The notes: a model not told the origin generated them from the sequence alone. A stretch of DNA of 64,000 nt from Candidatus Iainarchaeum sp. (GCA_026413945.1 JAOAJX010000002.1:118782-182781); one strand, 5' to 3'. Shown: positions 26,208 to 35,928, counted from the stretch's first letter. Translations and numbers: made by a program.

Positions 26208-26333
26208 AATAGCAAAACACCGGGTTAGATTTTAAAATCTTTCTTACTTCTTTCTTTTTATAGTAATCTAAATTATGTATTAAACGCCAATTTGTTTGCT
26301 TCTACATCTAAACATATTTTTGGAGGTGAAAAT

Positions 26334-27974
26334 ATGGTGCAAGACGCAAATCAAAGGCCTGTTATTTTTCTTTCTGAAGGTGCAAAAAGAACAAGAGGCA
26401 AAGACGCCCAGACAATAAATATCCTAGTCGCAAAAGCGGTTGCAGAAGCAGTAAAAACCACTCTTGGTCCAAAAGGGATGGACAAGATGATTGTAAATGA
26501 GCTTGGAGACGTAACCATAAGCAACGACGGCGCAACCATACTCGATGAAATGGATGTCGAGCACCCTGTTGGAAAGATGCTTGTTGAAGTTGCAAAGACA
26601 CAAGATGAAGAGGTCGGCGATGGCACCACAACGGCTGTCGTCCTTGCAGGATCTTTGCTTGAAAATGCAGAGAAGCTCTTAGCTGATGGAATACACCCAA
26701 GCATAATAGTAAAGGGCTATAGGTTGGCCGCAAAGAAAGCATGTGAAATAGCTGAGGCAACAGCTGACACAATATCAATAGATGACAAAAACACGCTTAA
26801 GAGCATTGCATCAACTTCAATGACTGGAAAATGCGGCACTGAGTCAGTTGAAGGCCTAGCAACGATGATTGTAAATGCAGTTATGCAGGTTGCTGAGAAA
26901 AGGGATAACAAATATGTTATTGACAAGGAAATGATAAAAGTTGAAAAGAAGGAGGGCGGCAACCTTAGTGAAAGCGAACTTATAAATGGCATTGTTGTTG
27001 ATAAAGAAATAGTTCACAGTGATATGCCAAAGTACATTGAGAATGCAAAGATAGCCCTTATAGACTCTGCGCTTGAAATAAAGGAAACTGAAACAGATGC
27101 AGAGATTAGCATCTCAGATCCGGAGCAATTGCAGGCATTTATAGAGAAAGAAGAGGGTATGCTCAAAGATATGGTGGAAAGCATAAAGAAGGTTGGTGCA
27201 AATTGTGTCTTTTGCCAGAAAGGCATCGATGACCTTGCACAGCATTTCTTGGCAAAAGCAGGCATCGTTGCTGTGAGGCGCATAACAAAATCAGATATGG
27301 AAAAGCTTGCTAAAGCTACGGGTGCAAAGATTGTAACAAGGATAAAGGACATTAGCAAGGAAGACTTGGGATATGCGAAAGTTGTGGAGGAGAAAAAGTT
27401 CGGCGGCGAATCAATGGTTTTCGTAAGGGATTGTAAGAATCCTAAATCAGTGACAATACTTATAAGAGGCGGCACTGAGCATGTTGCCGCTGAAGCAGAA
27501 AGAGCAGTTAATGATGCAATTGGCACAGTGAGCGCAGCAGTAAAGAGTGGCAAAATTGTAAGCGGCGGTGGAAGCATAGAGATGGAGTTATCAATGCAAT
27601 TGCGCAACTATGCAACCACAATCGGCGGCAGAGAGCAGCTTGCTATTGAAGCATTTGCAGATGCTTTAGAAGTGATACCAAAAGCACTTGCTGAAACCGC
27701 TGGCATGGATCCAATTGATACATTAGTTGAGCTCAGGGCAAAACACAGGGAAAAAAGCGGCAAATACTTTGGCATTGACGTATACAAAGCAAAGATTGTG
27801 GAAATGAATAAGCTAAAGGTAATAGAGCCATTAGCAGTGAAAACTCAAGCGATAACTTCTGCTTCAGAGGTTGCGGAGATGATATTGCGCATCGATGACA
27901 TAATTGCCGGCTCATCGAAAAGCAAATCAAAAGGCCCGAGCGAAAGCCCTGAAGGCAGCGGCGAGTTTGACTAA
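26334..27974 (+). CDS. ths: Thermosome subunit (group II chaperonin).
   Basis: [21 protein letters not shown] and the ATP-binding GDGTTT motif. ATG at 26334 is preceded by GGAGGTGA; the ORF track begins at an upstream TTG. Confidence 0.9.
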   Translation: MVQDANQRPVIFLSEGAKRTRGKDAQTINILVAKAVAEAVKTTLGPKGMDKMIVNELGDVTISNDGATILDEMDVEHPVGKMLVEVAKTQDEEVGDGTTTAVVLAGSLLENAEKLLADGIHPSIIVKGYRLAAKKACEIAEATADTISIDDKNTLKSIASTSMTGKCGTESVEGLATMIVNAVMQVAEKRDNKYVIDKEMIKVEKKEGGNLSESELINGIVVDKEIVHSDMPKYIENAKIALIDSALEIKETETDAEISISDPEQLQAFIEKEEGMLKDMVESIKKVGANCVFCQKGIDDLAQHFLAKAGIVAVRRITKSDMEKLAKATGAKIVTRIKDISKEDLGYAKVVEEKKFGGESMVFVRDCKNPKSVTILIRGGTEHVAAEAERAVNDAIGTVSAAVKSGKIVSGGGSIEMELSMQLRNYATTIGGREQLAIEAFADALEVIPKALAETAGMDPIDTLVELRAKHREKSGKYFGIDVYKAKIVEMNKLKVIEPLAVKTQAITSASEVAEMILRIDDIIAGSSKSKSKGPSESPEGSGEFD

Positions 27975-27987
27975 ATTTTTGTAGGGG

Positions 27988-28014
27988 CTCAAAAGCCCTT
28001 TTACACTATTTTTT
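27988..28014 (+). terminator. Hairpin followed by a T-tract downstream of the thermosome gene.
   Basis: GGGGCTCAAAAGCCCTTTT, then a second run TTTTTTT. Confidence 0.4.
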
Positions 28015-28040
28015 TATACTTATTCTTCTTTTTTCATTGT

Positions 28041-28568
28041 ATGCTAATTATAGCAGTCGTTGGCCTGGCAAGAAGTGGAAAAGACACCTTCGCAAACTAT
28101 CTTGAAAGGAGATATGGTTTCAAGAGGTTTGATTTCTATTCTGATGTCATAGTGCCTATGATGAGAGAGCAGAAGATAAAGCCAACAAAGGCCAATGCGG
28201 CAAAGTTTGGCAATAGCATGCGCCAAAAATTTGGAATGGGTGTTTTCGGTCAAAAGATGGCGCAGATAATAAGGGGCAATGACAAAGTTGTTGTCACCGG
28301 AGCGAGATCGCTTGAAGAGCTCTCCGAACTTGAAAAAGCTTCGGAAAAATTCTTTATAATCAAGATTGAAGCTTCAAAGGAATTAAGGTTCTCGAGGCGC
28401 AGTGATCTTGATCCAAAAAACGAAAACGACTTCTTTGCTAGAGATACTGATGATCTTATTAACAAAGGGCTTGACAAAGTTTTGAGGGCCTCTGAGCTTG
28501 TAATTAAAAACAATTCAACGATAGCTGATTTTGAAAAGGCAATTGATGATATTATGAAAAGGATTTAA
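28041..28568 (+). CDS. P-loop nucleotide kinase (dNMP-kinase-like family).
   Basis: IAVVGLARSGKDT Walker A and an overall pattern resembling deoxynucleoside-monophosphate kinases. Confidence 0.4.
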   Translation: MLIIAVVGLARSGKDTFANYLERRYGFKRFDFYSDVIVPMMREQKIKPTKANAAKFGNSMRQKFGMGVFGQKMAQIIRGNDKVVVTGARSLEELSELEKASEKFFIIKIEASKELRFSRRSDLDPKNENDFFARDTDDLINKGLDKVLRASELVIKNNSTIADFEKAIDDIMKRI

Positions 28569-28598
28569 ACCTTTTCAACAAGAGTTATTTTGAACGCT

Positions 28599-29303
28599 AT
28601 GCTATATATTGCGACAGGAAGTGCGGATTTTTTCCGGGACACTGTAACAAAAATTTTTGATGAAATCTATCGCGCATTGCCTGGTCTGCTCGGTTTCATA
28701 ATATTGTCCTTCGTTGGCTATATAATAGGCTTAATACTGAAAAAGTTATTATTAAGAGCCACAGCTCATATGCGCATAGAAGAATGGCTAGAAGAGCAAA
28801 GTCTTTTGCAAGTAGTTACTGCAAAAACATTAACATCAATTCTTGGTAATATATTGCACTGGTCAATAATACTTCTTTTTATGGCTCAAGGCGCTGAGCT
28901 TATGCGCTATGAGGTTTTAAGGAACGCTTTGCATTGGATAATCTATTTCATTTTACTAGTCCTGCTTGCGATTGTTATCTTACTGTCAGGGCTTGTAATA
29001 GGCAGATACATAAAAAACACTATTGAAAATTCTGTAGAGAAAATAGGGAAAATCATTGGTCTAATTGCAGAGGCTTTTGTTGTCTTTATATCAGCCATAA
29101 TGGCACTCGAAGTTATTCCTGGAGTAAACACTGCTGTGCTACACTACGCTTTCATAATAGTTTTTGGAAGCATAGCAATTGCCATAGCAATTGCCATTGG
29201 GATTGGATTTGGGCTTGCACTTAAGGACGAGGCAAAGGAGATAATAGAAGAATTAAAAAAACCAAATAATATAAAGAGAAAAAAAAGTGCTAAGGGCGAG
29301 TAA
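28599..29303 (+). CDS. Integral membrane protein of unknown function.
   Basis: Four to five TM helices and a basic C-terminus. Confidence 0.45.
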   Translation: MLYIATGSADFFRDTVTKIFDEIYRALPGLLGFIILSFVGYIIGLILKKLLLRATAHMRIEEWLEEQSLLQVVTAKTLTSILGNILHWSIILLFMAQGAELMRYEVLRNALHWIIYFILLVLLAIVILLSGLVIGRYIKNTIENSVEKIGKIIGLIAEAFVVFISAIMALEVIPGVNTAVLHYAFIIVFGSIAIAIAIAIGIGFGLALKDEAKEIIEELKKPNNIKRKKSAKGE

Positions 29304-29305
29304 AA

Positions 29306-29500
29306 ATGGAAGAATGGAAAAAGTGGATGTACGTTGAGTGGTGTTTTCTTGGCTGCGGCGCATTCACAATGATAGTGAATGCCATCGTGATTTTGAGTGG
29401 CTCTGATTTGAATACAAATCTGCTTATCTGCATGTTCTCTTCTTTTATCCTTGCTGGGATATTTGGAATAAAGTCGAAGTTATATAAAAGTGGAAAGTAA
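29306..29500 (+). CDS. Small two-TM membrane protein.
   Basis: A 64-aa ORF immediately after the previous gene, containing two hydrophobic helices. Confidence 0.25.
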   Translation: MEEWKKWMYVEWCFLGCGAFTMIVNAIVILSGSDLNTNLLICMFSSFILAGIFGIKSKLYKSGK

Positions 29501-29509
29501 AATAAGTAT

Positions 29510-29601
29510 GGGCGTGGCAGGACTCGAACCTGCGACCGATGGTGCACTTAAGGTTTTTTGCCTTTATAAGACCATTGCTCTGCCAACTGAGCTACACGCC
29601 C
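29510..29601 (-). tRNA. Intron-containing tRNA-Ile with anticodon UAU (sequence TAT).
   Basis: The reverse complement folds with acceptor GGGCGTG/CACGCCC, D-arm GCTCAGTTGGCAGAGC, anticodon stem ATGGT/ACCAT with loop CTTATA, a 20-nt insert (AAGGCAAAAAACCTTAAGTG) at the canonical 37/38 position, and T-arm GCAGGTTCGAGTCCTGC. Confidence 0.7.
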
Positions 29602-29622
29602 TCAGAAAGCATAAGTAACCAA

Positions 29623-29796
29623 CTACTTTAACACAATATAATTCATTATCAAAGTTACTATAAGTATAGCAACTATTATTATGATAAGCAACTCTGGTCT
29701 TATCTGTGGTGCTTTTGTGTCTGCATCAAAAAAGCGCATTATGCCAAGGGCACCACTAGGTGCATACGCCTTCTTGCCTTTACCAAGTTTTACCAT
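29623..29796 (-). CDS. secG: Preprotein translocase subunit Sec61 beta (archaeal SecG).
   Basis: APSGALGIMRFF followed by a single C-terminal TM, the characteristic archaeal Sec61 beta pattern. Confidence 0.65.
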   Translation of the reverse strand: MVKLGKGKKAYAPSGALGIMRFFDADTKAPQIRPELLIIIIVAILIVTLIMNYIVLK

Positions 29797-29859
29797 ATAA
29801 AACACGCCTCTATGATCTAAACAATATAATTTTATAAAGAGAAGAACTTATTTAAAAGT

Positions 29860-30828
29860 ATGGTTAGCGTTTCTGGGAACACTGATATTACAAAACTTGC
29901 ATCAAGAATATTAATCTTTTTAATTCTTGTTTTCGTGCTCCTTTATGTATTGACATGGACAAATACATTAAAATGCAAATCTTTACCTGGCTGGTGTAGT
30001 GTCTATTACGCAATCAGAGGCAAACCAAAGGTGCTAATTGCTGTTGGTGACTATGGCTTAGGAGATCCTGAATTGCTGAGAAGACTAATGTCTAACCCAA
30101 GGTCGCTTGGTGTAAGACCAGATATAAGGGACATAGATATGCTAAAACCGGGAAACCTAAAAGAGTATGACCTTGTGATTGTTGAAAGAGCAAGGAAAAT
30201 GAGTTCTGAAAAAGTAAGGATGTTTGTAGAATATGCTAACCAAGGTGGAAATCTCATATGGACGGGTGATTCTGGCGCAGAAGCTTTTGATAACAATGAG
30301 TTTCTTTACAGAGACGAGCTCGGTGATTCAAAACAGCCGCACACGATAATAAACCCATGGGCTAGAAAACATGAAGATACAGCAATACTTTTGAATGAGC
30401 TTCTTTCGCTTGAGTATGTGTGCAACTATAAGGATATCAGGGGAGACGTTAGCCACGAGACGCTTATAGGTAATCTTGTGCCACTAAACCTAGAAAACCC
30501 TTTTGTATATGGCATTTCTCCATCTTTAGCTTTCTACATAACACCGGAGACTGATTTTGCCGTTGTTAGGACAATTGAAAAAGGCACTAGCACTGCAGTA
30601 ATGGTTCTCGACGTTGGTTCAAATATAACATATGGTGGAAAAAAATATGGTAAGACGCTGCCCTTCATTGTTACAAATGCAAAAGGAAATGTTATTGGGC
30701 TAAAGATTGGTGAAAATGTTGCCTATTATGCTATGCCACCTGAGTATTTTATGCATGAATCGTTACCTAAAGAAAGAAGATACCCAACAATAGTAGAAAA
30801 GATGTTCATTGGAATGCTCTATGGATGA
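29860..30828 (+). CDS. N-terminally anchored extracytoplasmic protein of unknown function; paralog of the gene at 32048-32911.
   Basis: An N-terminal TM, then a YDLVIVER...GGNLIWTGDSGAEAF region shared with its paralog. Confidence 0.45.
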   Translation: MVSVSGNTDITKLASRILIFLILVFVLLYVLTWTNTLKCKSLPGWCSVYYAIRGKPKVLIAVGDYGLGDPELLRRLMSNPRSLGVRPDIRDIDMLKPGNLKEYDLVIVERARKMSSEKVRMFVEYANQGGNLIWTGDSGAEAFDNNEFLYRDELGDSKQPHTIINPWARKHEDTAILLNELLSLEYVCNYKDIRGDVSHETLIGNLVPLNLENPFVYGISPSLAFYITPETDFAVVRTIEKGTSTAVMVLDVGSNITYGGKKYGKTLPFIVTNAKGNVIGLKIGENVAYYAMPPEYFMHESLPKERRYPTIVEKMFIGMLYG

Positions 30829-30870
30829 ATAAAGGTGCCCTTTTTAAACAATCAATGAGTTACTTATTTT

Positions 30871-31923
30871 ATGGAAACAATTGTTCTTAAATTAAATCCA
30901 AAAAGGCCTGATAAAAAAAAGATAAAAAAAGCCGCAGATATAATAAAGAGCGGTGGCTTAGTGGTTTTTCCAACAGAAACTGTTTATGGTTTGGGTGCTA
31001 ACGCATTTGATAAAAGTGCTGTAAGAAGGATATTTGAAACAAAGGGCAGGCCTACTGATAACCCGCTTATTGTACATATATACAGCAAAAGACAATTGAA
31101 TGAGATAACAAAAGAAGCGCCCAAAATTGCTAAAAAACTTGCAAACAAGTTCTGGCCTGGTGCATTGACATTAATTCTCAAAAAAAAGCAGATAATTCCC
31201 TCAGAAGTTACATGTGGCTTAAGAACTGTGGCTGTAAGAATGCCTTCTCATAGTGTTGCTCGAGCACTATGCAAAGAAGCTGGTGTTCCGATAGCTGCGC
31301 CTTCAGCAAACATCTCAGGAAGACCAAGCATAACTTCAGGCAGGCACGCAATCGAAGAATTTCTTGGCAAGGTTGAATGCATAATTGATGCTGGTCAGAC
31401 AGATATTGGGCTTGAGTCAACTGTGCTCGACATGACTTCTAAAGTCCCTGAGTTGTTAAGGCCTGGTGGAATCACCCCAGAAGAAATTATGTCGGTGTGC
31501 GGGGAGATTAAAGTTGGCAAAGTAGCAAAAGCAAAAGGCGAAGAGTCAACACCAAAATCACCTGGAACGAAATATAGGCATTATGCGCCAAAAGCAAAAG
31601 TCATTCTTGCAGAAGGCCCTGAAAAAAAAGCGATTATTTTGGCAGAAAAAATTGCCAAAGCAAAAGCAATTGAGGGAAAAAAGGTGGCCTTGTTACTGCT
31701 AAAAACAGAAAGAAATAGGTGTCATATAACGAATTTGTCTGGAAAAATAAAATCAATACAACTCTATGGCAAAAAGAATATTGCAAAGCGACTGTTCTTT
31801 GCTCTTAGAAAGCTTGATTCTGAAAAAACTGAAATAATTGTTGCGAACGCAATTGATGAGAATGGCTTAGGCCTTGCAATAATGAATCGCCTCAGAAAGG
31901 CGAGCACCATCATTGTGGCTTAA
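30871..31923 (+). CDS. sua5: Threonylcarbamoyl-AMP synthase Sua5/TsaC with a C-terminal Sua5 domain.
   Basis: YrdC-fold motifs GGLVVFPTETVYGLGANAF and KGRP..NPLIVH, plus a ~120-aa C-terminal domain. Confidence 0.85.
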   Translation: METIVLKLNPKRPDKKKIKKAADIIKSGGLVVFPTETVYGLGANAFDKSAVRRIFETKGRPTDNPLIVHIYSKRQLNEITKEAPKIAKKLANKFWPGALTLILKKKQIIPSEVTCGLRTVAVRMPSHSVARALCKEAGVPIAAPSANISGRPSITSGRHAIEEFLGKVECIIDAGQTDIGLESTVLDMTSKVPELLRPGGITPEEIMSVCGEIKVGKVAKAKGEESTPKSPGTKYRHYAPKAKVILAEGPEKKAIILAEKIAKAKAIEGKKVALLLLKTERNRCHITNLSGKIKSIQLYGKKNIAKRLFFALRKLDSEKTEIIVANAIDENGLGLAIMNRLRKASTIIVA

Positions 31924-32047
31924 GATGAGCATGTTTTGGAGAGTAAACAAAAGGTTTTTAAATACCGAAAGCCATAATTTGTGTTATATTTAGAGTTAGT
32001 AGCAATGAAAAAAGTTAAAAACCGAAGGAGCTATAAATAAGTAAGGG

Positions 32048-32911
32048 ATGATGAAGGTGGCAGATATGTATGATGAGGGCGGAGAAGAGCAAGCTTTTGC
32101 ACAACAAGGCGGTGGCTTCAAAAGTAAAGTTAAGTATCATTTTGAAGGGTTAATTCCACTCATATTGCTTGTTATTGTGGCTGTGCTTGCTGGCGCTTGG
32201 ATAGGCCTTTGGGACATTCCTGGGCTTGATTTCAACAAACCGGCTAAAATGCTTATAATAGGTAAGCCAAGCCAAATAACGCTTGAAGCATTAGGCGTGG
32301 CGTCCAAGGATCTTGTTAGATATACCATTAGAGACACTTATTATTTGGGGCTAACACCAGAGCATATGCTTTCAAAGTACGATATGGTAATGCTAGACCA
32401 GACAAATAGCTCTTTTAGGCCTTATATTTCTAGACAACTCGGAAGTGCTTTAGAGGAATATGTCAGGAAAGGTGGCAAACTTATTATAGTTGGCAATTCC
32501 GGCATACTGAGAAGCGATGCTCCGGAAGCAATAGGTTGGCGTGCAAATATGGGTGACATTTCACCTGTTGATTGCACAGCAGATATAAGAGGCGTACCAA
32601 GCTGCCTACAGCCGATAAAGGTAAATGGCACGATTTATACGCTTGACTATGAGCATCCAATTGTTGAAGGCATAGAAAGAGTGCCAGCAGTACCATTTGA
32701 GGGCACAATACCTTTTGAAGTCTATAATGTTTCTGTTCTTGGAAATGAGATTGCATATATACAAGAAGGTACAGACATGGACGTGATGCGCGCAAATTGG
32801 TATCCTGGGATTGTTGAAAGAAGGCATCTATTAGGTAAAGTGGTATACTTTAACTATGATCCCGGTTTGACAAGAGCCATACTTCAAAACACCATAAAGT
32901 ACTTAAAGTAA
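32048..32911 (+). CDS. N-terminally anchored extracytoplasmic protein of unknown function; paralog of the gene at 29860-30828.
   Basis: A TM near residue 35, then a YDMVMLDQ...GGKLIIVGNSG region. Confidence 0.45.
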   Translation: MMKVADMYDEGGEEQAFAQQGGGFKSKVKYHFEGLIPLILLVIVAVLAGAWIGLWDIPGLDFNKPAKMLIIGKPSQITLEALGVASKDLVRYTIRDTYYLGLTPEHMLSKYDMVMLDQTNSSFRPYISRQLGSALEEYVRKGGKLIIVGNSGILRSDAPEAIGWRANMGDISPVDCTADIRGVPSCLQPIKVNGTIYTLDYEHPIVEGIERVPAVPFEGTIPFEVYNVSVLGNEIAYIQEGTDMDVMRANWYPGIVERRHLLGKVVYFNYDPGLTRAILQNTIKYLK

Positions 32912-32972
32912 CATTTCTTGCTAAAAATGAATTCTAGACAACATAGTGCTCAATAAACTCGGAGGTGCTACA

Positions 32973-33269
32973 ATGAACAAAAAAGAAAACGATGAGATTT
33001 CTAAAGACAATGTCGTCTTTGTAGGAAGAAAAAGCACAATGGCGTACGTGCTTGCAGTGGTTACACAAATGAATCAAGGCGTAGACGAAGTAATAGTGAA
33101 AGCAAGGGGCAAAGCAATAAGCAAGGCAGTTGATGTAGCAGAGATTGTAAGAAACAAATTCGTTTCAGACGCAAAAATTGACGACATAAAGATATCAACA
33201 GAGGAAGTAACTTCAGAGGACGGCAAGCAGCTCAAGGTTTCAGCGATTGAAATAAAGCTTAAAAAATAA
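32973..33269 (+). CDS. albA: DNA/RNA-binding protein Alba.
   Basis: [44 protein letters not shown] matches the Alba core. An ATG preceded by GGAGGTG. Confidence 0.85.
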   Translation: MNKKENDEISKDNVVFVGRKSTMAYVLAVVTQMNQGVDEVIVKARGKAISKAVDVAEIVRNKFVSDAKIDDIKISTEEVTSEDGKQLKVSAIEIKLKK

Positions 33270-33300
33270 CTTAGGGAGCCGAAAAGGCCCCTTTTATTTA
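33270..33300 (+). terminator. Hairpin followed by a T-tract downstream of alba.
   Basis: GGGAGCCGAAAAGGCCCC followed by TTTTATTTATTTTTTT. Confidence 0.4.
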
Positions 33301-33405
33301 TTTTTTTGTTTTTTAAGTTGGTTAATAAAATTAATTTTAAGTTATTCTAATTTTAGGAAAATTAACCGAAAGTGCTTTAAATTCATGACTACATCATGAT
33401 ATATT

Positions 33406-33900
33406 ATGACAAATCAAGAGCCAGTCATGAATAAAGGGCTAACGCTTGATAAGTTGGCAAAAGAATTCAAGGGCTTAACTTCAGATATTGAAGAGATTTC
33501 AAAGCAGTGCTCAGATCCTTTCTTTATTGCACTTTTACTTTTCCAGCTTGCAAAAGAAAGAGAGCAGACAAACAAGATAATCGCTGATATAAGCGAAAGG
33601 CTAAAAGCACTGGAAAATAAGGTGCAGGCTAATGTTCAAAACCAAGAAGAACACACAATACTTGCAGAAGTTGACCAGCGCATAGTTGCACTTGCAGACC
33701 AGAAAGGAATGATAAGTGCTGATGATGTAAAGGCGCTTCTTTCGTACAATTGTGTCAATGCAGCATCACAACGCTTAAACAAATTATTCAGAGAAGGGTA
33801 TCTTGCAAAGGTTCGTGCGGGAAAGAAGGTTTTTTTTACAATTAAAAAAACCTCTTTGCTCCCAACACCCAACCACCCCCATAAGCAAAGCCCCCTATGA
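33406..33900 (+). CDS. Coiled-coil protein with a C-terminal winged-helix domain.
   Basis: A predicted coiled coil followed by a wHTH-like segment (SQRLNKLFREGYLAKVRAGKKVFF). Confidence 0.35.
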   Translation: MTNQEPVMNKGLTLDKLAKEFKGLTSDIEEISKQCSDPFFIALLLFQLAKEREQTNKIIADISERLKALENKVQANVQNQEEHTILAEVDQRIVALADQKGMISADDVKALLSYNCVNAASQRLNKLFREGYLAKVRAGKKVFFTIKKTSLLPTPNHPHKQSPL

Positions 33901-34016
33901 GCCTTTGCTACCCTTCTCCCTCCTTTGCCTTTAATTTATTTTAAAATAAATCATGCAGCCATAGAACTCTTGTAAAATTAGAATGTTAAAAGATTAGAAA
34001 AATTCGTTTCGGCTTA

Positions 34017-34460
34017 TTATTTTCTTAATTTGCTCTTTATATCTGATATTATTTCTCGACCTTTTTTAAGCTCTTGAAATATGCCTTGCAAACTATCGTC
34101 TGTATATTTTACCAAAAAACCTTCTTCGCTTGGCTCAATAGTAAAATATTGACCAAACTTTGCTGACAAAACCTCAATCATCCTTCTCTCTTCAACAACT
34201 TTTTTAAGCTCATTTGCAAGATATGCCTTAAATTTTTCCAATTCGATAAGGTGCCGTTCAACATCTGAAATAAGATCTTCGGAATCCCGAGAATATATCT
34301 TTACAGGCACAATTGAAAAGTCATTTGCCTGCATCTCTGATTTTATGCTATCCTGTTTGCTCATCAGCTGTTCTTTTATTTTTTCGAATTTTGATATCTG
34401 CTCTTCAACGCCTTTAAGGAAAAGCCTAAGTTCTTCTTCACGCTCCTCAAGGCCTTGCAT
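34017..34460 (-). CDS. Coiled-coil protein of unknown function.
   Basis: Heptad-rich sequence with no catalytic motifs. Confidence 0.35.
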   Translation of the reverse strand: MQGLEEREEELRLFLKGVEEQISKFEKIKEQLMSKQDSIKSEMQANDFSIVPVKIYSRDSEDLISDVERHLIELEKFKAYLANELKKVVEERRMIEVLSAKFGQYFTIEPSEEGFLVKYTDDSLQGIFQELKKGREIISDIKSKLRK

Positions 34461-34569
34461 AATAAACCCTATTTATCTAACATTTTTTTAGTATTTATAT
34501 TTTTGCTTTTTCGTTCAATCGCAAGCAAAAAGGAAAAAATATAAATATTGAAAAGCTTCTAATAATAAG

Positions 34570-35883
34570 ATGGACAATAGAAATGCAGCCACAACTTCTT
34601 TTCAGGAAGAAGAAAGTGTTATAGGAAGGTCTCTTTCGGAAAGGGAAAGATATGGAAAAGAAGGCACTGGCTACCTTGGTAGAGTTGTTTTATCTAAAGG
34701 TGAAAGGCCAGTGCTTGGCAGGAAGATCTTAATAGACCTTGCAAAGCCACACATGATTCTTATCTGTGGAAAGCGTGGCTACGGAAAAAGTTACACGATG
34801 GCTGTTTTAATAGAGGAGTTTGCAAGGTTGCCTGTTGCCTTACAAAACAGGATTGCGGTTATAGTCATAGATACGGTTGGCATATTTTGGTCATTAAAAA
34901 CGCCAAACAAATTTGAGACCAATATTTTGCAAGAGTGGGGCTTGAAAGCTGAGGCAACAAACGCAAGAGTATTGGTACCTCAGGGGCTTCTAACATTTTA
35001 CAAAGATCGTGGAATACCCGCAGATGGAACTTTCACAATTAAAGCTTCTGAGTTGACCGGCACGGAATGGATGGCTCTTTTTAAGCTTACATGGAAAGAC
35101 CCAGAAGGTATATTGATACACCGCGCTGTAGAAGACCTTAAGGAAAAGCTTGGCACATATTTCGGCATAGACGAAATAATAAGCGCTGTGGAAAACTACA
35201 AGGAATTTGATTTTAATACAAGGCAGGCTTTGGTAAACAGATTAAAGATGGCAAAAAGTTGGGGCGTGATTGAGAAAACAGGTACAAAAACTAAGGATAT
35301 AGCCAGGGCTGGCTCGATAACAATAATTGATGTTTCTGCTTATAGGCAATCAATAGAAATGGAAGGCGTTCGTGATGTCATTGTTGCTTTGCTTGGCAAA
35401 AGACTTTTTGAAGAAAGGATGCTCTACAGAAAAGAGGAAGAAGCAAAGCTGATGACTGAAAACGTGCGCACGAGCGAAATGCCGCTTGTGTGGTTATTTA
35501 TAGATGAAGCACATATATTTATGCCTAAAAGCGGCAAGAACATAGCGCTTAGTGTTCTCCTTGAATGGGCACGTGTTGGTAGGCAACCTGGATTAAGCTT
35601 GGTGCTTGCAACACAGATGCCTGAAAGGTTGCATACTGATTTTCTTTCACAGTGCGATATTTTCATCTCACATCGCCTAACTGCTGGGCCTGATATTGAT
35701 GCCGTTGGCACGCTAAGGCCAACATACCTCTATCAGAGTATTGAGAAATATTATGCAGACATACCCACAGGCAAAGGCTTTGCAATAGTGCTAGATGATA
35801 ATAGCGAAAAGCTCTGGATGATTAGGGTAAGGCCAAGGTTGAGCTGGGATGCTGGCACAACAGCATCAGCATTCAGGAAATAA
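34570..35883 (+). CDS. HerA/FtsK-superfamily (DUF87-like) P-loop ATPase; a stand-alone ATPase-core paralog of the gene at 16600-19527.
   Basis: Walker A (ICGKRGYGKS), Walker B (WLFIDEAHIF) and LVLATQMP...IFISHRL. The core is collinear with residues ~200-640 of the 975-aa paralog. Confidence 0.65.
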   Translation: MDNRNAATTSFQEEESVIGRSLSERERYGKEGTGYLGRVVLSKGERPVLGRKILIDLAKPHMILICGKRGYGKSYTMAVLIEEFARLPVALQNRIAVIVIDTVGIFWSLKTPNKFETNILQEWGLKAEATNARVLVPQGLLTFYKDRGIPADGTFTIKASELTGTEWMALFKLTWKDPEGILIHRAVEDLKEKLGTYFGIDEIISAVENYKEFDFNTRQALVNRLKMAKSWGVIEKTGTKTKDIARAGSITIIDVSAYRQSIEMEGVRDVIVALLGKRLFEERMLYRKEEEAKLMTENVRTSEMPLVWLFIDEAHIFMPKSGKNIALSVLLEWARVGRQPGLSLVLATQMPERLHTDFLSQCDIFISHRLTAGPDIDAVGTLRPTYLYQSIEKYYADIPTGKGFAIVLDDNSEKLWMIRVRPRLSWDAGTTASAFRK

Positions 35884-35928
35884 AAGATAAATAGAGTTTG
35901 TGATAAATATATTAAAGTGATCTGATCC

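Noticed and set aside
28590-29303. Considered an MscS mechanosensitive channel for this membrane protein.
   Set aside because: There is no cytoplasmic beta-domain after the TMs, and the protein is almost entirely membrane-embedded. It is kept as a generic membrane protein.
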